Below are positions 55,739 to 64,000 of a stretch of DNA of 64,000 bases, piece after piece; within the stretch, counting starts at the first letter, position 1; every line of letters begins with the position of its first letter. The notes beneath the pieces are model-generated. The model worked only from the letters and a program-made list of their open reading frames with translations, had not been told where the DNA came from and searched no databases. The stretch is taken from NCBI GenBank assembly GCA_951406725.2, contig OX597822.1:103788001-103852000 (forward strand), in the 5' to 3' direction. The translations under genes were made by a program, and so were the position numbers. The DNA is from Octopus vulgaris (taxonomy: Eukaryota).

Positions 55739-55965
55739 CTTTACTACCCACAAGGGGCTAAACATAGAGGGGACAAACAAGGACAGACAAAGGGATTAAG
55801 TCGATTACATCAACCCCCAGTGCGTAACTGGTACTTATTTAATCGACCCCGAAAGGATGAAAGACAAAGTCGACCTCGGCGGAATTTGAACTCAGAACGT
55901 AGCGGCAGACGAAATACCGCTTAGCATTTCACCCGGTGTGCTAACGTTTCTGCCAGTTCGCCGCC
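55735..55965 (-). mobile_element. Full-length Nin/Deu-type SINE
   Basis: Reverse-complement homolog of 34596-34825. Confidence 0.9.
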
Positions 55966-55969
55966 TATG

Positions 55970-56014
<45 letters not shown>

Positions 56015-56079
56015 TGATTCGTTAGCTACTGCACGCATTTTTTTCTCTCCTTCTTTCTGTGTTTTTTTCTCTCTGTGTA

Positions 56080-56117
56080 TCTTTCTGTTGAAGAGCGTAG
56101 GCTCGAAACGTTAAAGA
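56080..56117 (+). ncRNA. Family H1 hammerhead-like motif (A6U) in element 56010-56213
   Basis: TCTTT CTGTTGA A GAGC gtag GCTC GAAA CG TT AAAGA. Confidence 0.72.
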
Positions 56118-56213
56118 CTTGTTTTATTTATATTTCCTGAGCGCCATACTAATACAATTGTTCGTTTGTTTCCACCTGCCTTCGTCTTTTGTCTATTTTC
56201 ATAAAGCTTCCCG

Positions 56214-56255
<42 letters not shown>

Positions 56256-56907
56256 GTGTATATATATGTATGTTGGCGTGTACAATTGTGTTATGTGACA
56301 AAAAATTCCCTATTGAATTTTGAAAACACGTCAGATTATACACTTCAGGTATGAGTTAATCTTGAAGACTTCGTTGTTCTAATTTCATTTACACCACCTC
56401 TTAATACTCCACTAATAAATTATCTTATGCACACGGGGAGTTCATTATAATTCATTACGTGCGTGTTTAAAACATTCCTCGTTTCCGTTACATGAAATCT
56501 ATTATTTCGCTTTGCCTACGAGCAAGCATTCAGTCAAATGATTTTGAGACTTATTAATTTTTCAGTTCGTAGAGAAGGATTAACTTGCTACCCCCTCTAC
56601 TCCATCGTTAGTTTGTTGTTGATATTGCATTACTTTTGTGTTTTTTTTTCTTTTGCTTTTCTTGGTGTATTTTGGCTTGATCTAGTGTCAACAGCCTGAC
56701 GCTGAAATCATATAATTTCTTAAATTTGAAAAGATGTTTACACATAGAAAGAATTCTATACATATAGGATTATAAAATTCATTTATAATTGCATGTGTTG
56801 ATATGTGTATGTATATATACATATACATACATATACATGCATACATACATGCATATATATATATATATATGCATGTATGTGTAAATATATGTACATACAT
56901 TCATATA

Positions 56908-56943
<36 letters not shown>

Positions 56944-56971
56944 TATAATTTGAAACTGATTTATTGGAAGT

Positions 56972-57014
56972 CCACCTGAAGATTGTCGATCAAGACAAGA
57001 AACAATTGTAGTGG
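56972..57014 (+). ncRNA. Perfect minimal type I hammerhead ribozyme in ~160-bp TA-flanked element
   Basis: CCAC CTGAAGA TTGTC gatcaa GACAA GAAA CAATTG TA GTGG. Confidence 0.92.
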
Positions 57015-57099
57015 CGGTTTTTTTGACTATTTATTAAAATTTTATGTATTGATTAAGTCTTTCCTTGTTTGTTTTGCAAAATAGTGGTTTTGTCTCTAA

Positions 57100-57156
<57 letters not shown>

Positions 57157-57257
57157 GTATTTATATTTATATTCATATATTTAGTACACACGTATTTTTC
57201 TATGTATTTGCTTAATTATATATTATATATGTATGTGTGTGAGTGTCTGCGTATATA

Positions 57258-58472
57258 TCAGTTCATCCCATAAGTTCTGTCCAAATTTCGAATAAAGAAA
57301 ACAAGTGATCAAATTTAATGATCGATATACTTTGCCTGATGATCTATGACTTCCTTCCATTTACAAGCTTTTAAACCAATCAATATAAAACTCTTTTGGT
57401 TTCAAAGCGAAGAACTCTGAAATATCAGTTTCGACCTCCTCCTGGCTTACGAAAGTTATGTCCCCCAAATGATTCTGTAAACTATGAAACAAATGGTAGT
57501 CTGAAAAAACAAGATGGATGAGGAATTTTTTCCCAACCAATCTCTTCGATCATCTGTGATGTGATCTTTGCAGTGTGGGGTCACGCATTGCCCTTATGAA
57601 ATATCACTCCTTTTCGATTCACAAAAGCGGGTCTTTTTTTCTTCAAAACTTGGTTCAAACGCTCTAATTGCTGACAGTAGATTTGAGCATTGATTGTTGC
57701 ATTAGGTGATAACAATTCAAAGTGAATTACTCCTTTGCAATCCCACCTTTTTCCCAGGAAGTTCCCTTCTCGGTTGTGGTTGAGCTTTTTCCCTTTTACC
57801 AAGCCACTGTTTACGACGTTTAACATTTCGATAGAAGATCCATTTTTCGTCACCAGTCACAAGTCAATCCAAAAAGGTTGAAATGAGTTCGCGAGAATGG
57901 AGAAGAGCAGATGTCAACTCGGGATTTGCGGTTGCTCTCAGACAATTCATGAGGCACTCATTTTCCAAGCTTAGGAACATTTCCAAGTTGTAGAAGGAAG
58001 ATGACGATGAACAGTTGTATGGTTTGAACTAAGCCTTATTGCCAATTCTTCAACTGGTAATGCAGGATTTTCTTCAAGCAATGCTTCAAGGAGCTGATCA
58101 TCATACTCAACTAGACGTCCTGTTTGATCTTCATCTTCAAGGCTGAAATCTCCCCTTCTGAATTTTGCAAACCATCTTCTGCAAGTTCTTTCATTCAAGC
58201 ATTCTTTCCCATAAACTGAGTGTACGTTTCGAGTTGTTTCGGCTGCAAAGTTTCCCTTTTTATACTCATAAAGCATTATTTGCCTCAAATGCTCTTTGCA
58301 TAATTCCATGTTAGAAAAGAAATTTTAATTCTATTATTCTGTAAAATGTTTAATTAGTTTAATGTACACAAATGCATAAAAATAATTTTAAATTCCATTA
58401 GACATTCTAAAATACTGTTAAATTTCATTCAATTTAAAAAAAGGTAAAATCGGACAGAACTTATGGGATGAC

Positions 58473-58476
<4 letters not shown>
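57258..58476 (-). mobile_element. Full-length decayed mariner transposon
   Basis: TIRs TCAGTTCATCCCATAAGTTCTGTCC / GGACAGAACTTATGGGATGACCTGA with TA flanks; MELCKEHLRQIMLYEYKKG..WFAKF..GR; WDCKGVIHFELL..FHKGNA. Confidence 0.93.
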
Positions 58477-58521
<45 letters not shown>

Positions 58522-58609
58522 TGTTTTCATACCTCATTCTGTTCAACGCATGTATATATACATATATATGTATGTATATATGTTTACATTTATATATTAT
58601 TTATATCAT

Positions 58610-59177
58610 TATATGGTCGAACGTCACGCATCCTTTTCCAAGTAAGTTTTATCTTAATAATTACGATGCGCACTCTTCTCTCTCTACTATCTCCCCCACT
58701 CTTATTCTTCATCCTTTCTGGTTTTCTCTCCTATTCTTCTCCTCTTCACTGTTCCCTCTCTCTCACTCCTCCTCCTCGACTCTCTCGTCGCTGACACGTG
58801 ACGATAGAGAATCTACCTTTCTACCCACAGCCTTCGTAAAGACTAAAGGTGCTTATACTGTCTCCTTCATATGCGTTCAGAATAATTTTTCCATCGCCTT
58901 GGCTTAACAGTCCTCACCGTTTGTTTTTACTGTTTTGTTCTCATTGTTCTGTTTTTTACTGTTTTTACTTCTTTATTGTTTTTACTGTTTTGTTCTCAGT
59001 ATCCGGTTCTTGTTACCACTTTCAGCCTCCGCAAAAAATCTCAAATTTCATTTAATTTGCTTTGCGGGAAGGATTGTTTCAACGAAGTTGCGTCTTGTCC
59101 TTGCCTTCGAACATGGAGCTTTTGCTTTTATGTTTTCGTTTCTCATTGTGTTCAACGTTTTTCGAAATCCTGTACCT
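58610..59177. other. Unclassified pyrimidine-rich TA-flanked segment, probable interspersed repeat
   Basis: Bounded by TA-rich tracts, strong CT strand bias, no credible ORF. Confidence 0.35.
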
Positions 59178-59219
59178 ATATATGCATGTATATATACATA
59201 TATATGTAGGTGTGTATAT

Positions 59220-59675
59220 AGTACAAAGTGAGATAGGGGTTATGAGTGTAACCCACTATGGGATATCATATATTCAATATACTGCCAGTAAAGTACCCAG
59301 AAGGCTAATACATAACTGCTAAGAATTGCAATGCAATTAATTCATTTATTGTATTATATGGGCAAAGGTAAAATGTTTTACCTGAAAATCATAATACAAA
59401 ATAAGAAAATGGAGGAATAGATTTCTTTCAGTCATCAACTTCCAGATAATACCAATTCATATAATTTATTAACTAATTATTTAGATTAAATAGGAACATC
59501 CAAATCCAACAGAATAAGACAGAATAAAACAATATACATCAATAAGTAAGATAATACCATAAGAATAATATATATAAAATGGATCTTACAGCTGTTTCAG
59601 CCTGTAGATAAGAGTATCTCATTATGCCCATATTAGTCAGATGTATTGAGGTAATATGCAGTTAAAAATGAGTTA

Positions 59676-59715
<40 letters not shown>

Positions 59716-60329
59716 AAGGCCTCGTCAGAGATTATAAAGTACAATTATAAAGATATAAAATGAAGATATAAAATGCAAATATGAATATTAAACAAGGTAC
59801 ACATATACAAGAATATGTATATATACATATACATATAAGTGTATATACATCTACATATACATATATATAAGTATATACGTAATAATATACATATGCATAA
59901 AGTTACAGTTAATTAGATCTATATACTAGAATATACGTATATATCCACAACAAAGTGTACATATACAAAGTCCAAAGTTCATTGTATTACATTACTAAAA
60001 ACTATTAATATTATTATTATTAATAATAATACCAATAAAGGAATATGTGCATTCTGCTATTCACAATACATAGTAGATGGAAAATACCACATAAAATATA
60101 GTATAATATAATACAGTGTAACACAACATAATAAAATATAATATATTATATTACATATTAAATATACAATATATAATATAGTATAACATAATATATAGAC
60201 AGATGCATATGGGAGATGCCAGTACATTAATTCAATAAAATAATGCAAAACAATATACAATGTCACAATATACAATATCATTATATTCATATATCATACA
60301 GCGAAAATCGAAACTTTAGTCTAAATCTG

Positions 60330-60330
<1 letters not shown>
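59220..60330 (-). mobile_element. Family H2 Penelope-like terminal element
   Basis: Homologous to 21174-22100; hammerhead at 59583-59732. Confidence 0.72.
59583..59732 (-). ncRNA. Canonical-core hammerhead with ~115-nt stem-II insert including (TA)n
   Basis: Minus: ATCT CTGACGA GGCC...GGCT GAAA CAGCTG TA AGAT. Confidence 0.83.
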
Positions 60331-60386
<56 letters not shown>

Positions 60387-60459
60387 GTACCAAATACATG
60401 CACATGAATATAGATACATGCGCAAAAACATCCATTAATACATATACATATATAAAGAG

Positions 60460-61090
60460 ATGTTTCGTAAAGCTATTGCTAGGAATTTTCCAATCAATTC
60501 TAGATATTACTCTGTAATCAATTCACATAAGGTTAGGATAGGTTTTTCAAACACAAAAATCTCTTGCAAATTATCTCTTCTCATAATAACAAACTGTTAA
60601 ATATTAATACATTTACTAATACTAACATTAATTTACCTAATACCATCCAACCCTCTAGAAATATTAATAACAAGGTTATTGTATCTGAAGTCAATTCCAA
60701 TAGAACTAAGTTTATGTCAAGTAACTCTAAGATTAAAAATTCTATATACCAGTGTATAATCAGTACTCGTAATAAAGTACGATTTTACATTGGAAGCACA
60801 TCGTTAGAGTTATCTAAAAGAATTTCTATCCATTACTCAACATTTAGGGATAGAAATAAACGGAATAGTACCGGTCTCAACAAACTGATTTGGAATTTAA
60901 AAGACCACAATGAACAATTTCATTTAGAATGGTTGATTCTCTCAATTTCGAAACCATATGACAAAGGCAAGAAATTCTGTCTTCTCTGCAATTCTGAGCT
61001 ATTTTTTCTAAAAATACTCTAGTAAACACGGTTATAGAGCGAGCATACAGATGTAAGCATTGGCAAAAACATACATTTAGTGCATATAAG
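60460..61090 (+). pseudogene. Hydra-type Penelope GIY-YIG endonuclease (frameshifted, no RT)
   Basis: IYQCII..FYIGST..KRISIHYSTF..STGLNKLIWNLK..LEWLI..KPY..FCLLCNSE, then CKHW in another frame. Confidence 0.85.
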
Positions 61091-61294
61091 TAGTCTCTAT
61101 CATTGTATATAATTTAAACTTTAATTTCTTTTATATTTAACATTCACTATTAATATCGCTACTCTTTCTATTAGCTACTTATGACGTTATATCATATAAC
61201 GTTTTTTTAAACAATATTACTAGTTTTCTGTCTATCGCTATACAAATCCATCATTTTTTGCTAAAATGTCTTATTGACGAGTTTCGTTTTTTTC

Positions 61295-61380
61295 ACTTTC
61301 CTGAGGAGAAGATTGCATTGTTTATATCATTTATTCTTTTGAATAGTATCAGTGGAATTTTCGAAACATGTGTCGAAAGT
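61295..61380 (+). ncRNA. Canonical-core hammerhead downstream of GIY-YIG ORF
   Basis: ACTTTC CTGAGGA GAAGATT..AATTTTC GAAA CATGTG TC GAAAGT (6-bp stem I, GUC site). Confidence 0.88.
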
Positions 61381-61568
61381 AAAAATATTTGATTACACCT
61401 GCGTTAACTCCATTTTTTTATTCATATTATTCAAAATATTCAACGTAAACACGAAGTTTCTACCTTTATAAACAAGGAGTTCTAAGACCTTTACTTGTGA
61501 GATTTTTGCTGCCCTGGTAACTATTTATTTATTTTCTGTATTAATTGTTAACAAGGTAAAATACACTC

Positions 61569-61626
<58 letters not shown>

Positions 61627-62335
61627 ATGTATATATATTCATATATTTACAATACGCATATTTCTACCATGTTACATATATTTGCTCATATATATATTAT
61701 GTATGTATATATGTGTGTAAGTATGTATGTATATATGGATATATACACACATATAGCTACATACACATACACACATATGCATATACGTATTATATAAATA
61801 TACATATATGTATGTTTAAAACAGAAATTTCTGCAAAGCAAGATAATCGTATATAATATGTAACATAGATAAACTAGAAATTATATTATTTGTCGTAAAA
61901 AAAAAAAAAATAATTACTAATGTTTCTCATTAATCTTTAACAACTTGTGTTACCAATGCGTGCGTGTCCAGTGTATATTCTGGCTAGGAATCTTAATTAT
62001 TCTGCGAAGACGCATTAGAAAACTTTGAAGTTCAATGTCTCCTAATATGTCATAAGATATATTTGTAATCCGGAAGTCATACCAGTGTAGAAATGGACTT
62101 TACATAGTATTTCTAGAATCGAACAAAAGAAAATAGTTCTCTTTACTATCTTCTCCATATTTACAGAATGTGTTAAACAATGATCTATTTATCATTTCTC
62201 AATTAACCGTTAACAAATAATACTAAGCCAGTGTTGTGTTATGGCTATATATATAACGCAGTCTTGACAGTAGAACATAGAATGCAGACACATTTAATAA
62301 ATGAGAAAAAAATGAATAGCAAAATTAAAATAATA

Positions 62336-63958
62336 CGAGGTGGTATCAAAATGTTCCCGGACTATTTCTGTAGCACGACAACAGATGGCAGCACACGGTT
62401 ACGTGTGCAGTGAGCTTCATGAGGCAGTGTATTTTTGTTTGTTTGCTTGTTCTTTCTCGAGCTATGCCTGGCTCATAAGGGCCGGTTTGCAGGTTTCTTT
62501 GGCGTATAGGTTCCCCACCTGGACGGGACGCCAGTCCGTCGCAGGTGAGCTGCAAGATGCAGGAGGAAAGAGTGAGAGAAAGTTGTGGCGAAAGAGTCAG
62601 CAGAAGTTCGCCATTACCTTCTGCCGGAGCAGCGTGGAGCTTAGGTAATTCGCTCATAAACACACACATCGCCCGGTCTGAGATTCGAACCCGTGATCCC
62701 TCGACCGCGAGTCCGCTGCTCTAACCACTAGGCCATATGCCTCCACATGAGGCAGTGTATCGAGTCATATAGCTGTGCTTACATAGCAAGTTATGAAATT
62801 TGTGGATTTTGTGATCACGTGTATGCTGTAGTCTGTGATTTCGTAATGGACAGGAAGTTTGAACAAAGAGCCAACGTGAAATTTTGCATTAAACTCGGGA
62901 GGTCTCCTACGGAGGCATTGAGCATGCTTCAGCAAGCTTACGACGACGAGGTAATGGGTCGTACGTAATGATTCGGGTGGCACCGGCGCTTTAAAAGCGG
63001 AAGGACGAGCCTGGAAGACGACGAGCGATCTGGAAGACCTGCGACGAGCGGCACACCCAGAAATGTGAAGAAAATTCATCATCTTGTTCATAAGGATCGT
63101 CGGAGGAAAATCAGAGTCATTGCTGATGTTGTTGGTCTGTCATATGGGTCCGGCCAAGCGATCCTAATGTCTGAATTAAACAAGCGGCGTGTCTCTGCCA
63201 ATTTTGTTCCCCGCCTGCTGACCACTGAGCAGAAAGTACAACACGTAAAGGTCTCTCAAGATCTCCGTCAGCTTGCCGCTGTTGACCCGTACTTCATGTC
63301 GAGGACCATCACCGGTGACGGGAGTTGAGTCTACGAGTTCAACCCTGAGACGAACCTGCAGTCGTTACAATAGAAGAACCATTCATCTCTACAACTGAAG
63401 AAGGCACGACAGAGCCGCAGCTCGGTTAAGAGCATGCTCATTGATATTTTTCGACGTCCGCAATATTGTGCATCGAGAATTCGTTCCGTCAGGGTCAGAC
63501 CGTCAATCAAGAGTTCTACTACGACAGGGAGGACATGTGGCGAAAGCGACTGGATCTGTGGAGCAGGAAGAATTGGATTTTTCACGATGATAATGTGCCC
63601 TGTCACAGAATTCTTCTCACTCGTGAGTTTCTCGCCAAAAACAACATGGTATCACTTACGCACCCGCCCTAATTCTCAGTTTTAGCTCCAGCAGACTTCC
63701 ATCTGTTCCACGAGATGGAAAAATGCAGCTCAAAGGTCACTGTTTTAACACCGTTGTCGAGGGAACCGCAAAAGATCCTTGACTCGCTTACGGAAAACGA
63801 CTTCCAGGCCGGGTTCCAAAAGCAGCAGGACCGCTAGGACCGGTGTATAAATGCGCAACGTAGCTATTTCGAAGCAGATGGTGTCAAAACTTGAGTAGAT
63901 AAATCTTTTTTGTTTAATTAAAAACAACTAGTACGGGAAGGTTTTTGATACCATCTCG
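62336..63958 (+). mobile_element. Full-length decayed mariner (irritans-like) interrupted by a SINE
   Basis: TA|CGAGGTGGTATCAAAA..TTTTGATACCATCTCG|TA TIRs; EQRANVKFC, RSGRP, VPRLLT, ITGDG, FHDDNVPCH, HPP. Confidence 0.92.
62433..62745 (-). mobile_element. OR1-like head SINE with tail B, 15-bp TSD
   Basis: CATGAGGCAGTGTAT at 62418-62432 and 62746-62760. Confidence 0.9.
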
Positions 63959-64000
63959 TACAAGTAAAAAGAATATATTCATTAGTGGAAAATTAAAACG

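Overview
AT-rich, repeat-saturated eukaryotic DNA, intergenic or intronic. It is most likely from an octopus (coleoid cephalopod), inferred from tRNA-derived SINEs resembling the OK/OR1/OR2 families as I recall them. I can support no host exon. Almost all listed ORFs are microsatellite read-throughs or transposon remnants. The window holds: (i) more than 25 SINE copies from four head types with shuffled tails; (ii) many decayed R4/Dong-type LINE pieces (RT, CCHC, restriction-like endonuclease), mostly in (TAA)n tracts; (iii) CR1/L2-like and RTE fragments; (iv) four Tc1/mariner elements with TIRs; (v) non-autonomous Helitron/Helentron-type elements. The most striking signal is a dense set of minimal hammerhead ribozyme motifs at about 15 independent loci on both strands. 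They lie in short (TA)n-flanked elements next to RT-less Hydra-type Penelope GIY-YIG cassettes. They include perfect canonical copies, a multi-copy family with a fixed A6U core change, a family with a ~100-nt stem-II insert, and a ~150-bp tandem repeat with hammerhead-like motifs on both strands. All structures were read by eye, coordinates of element edges are approximate, and no activity is shown.
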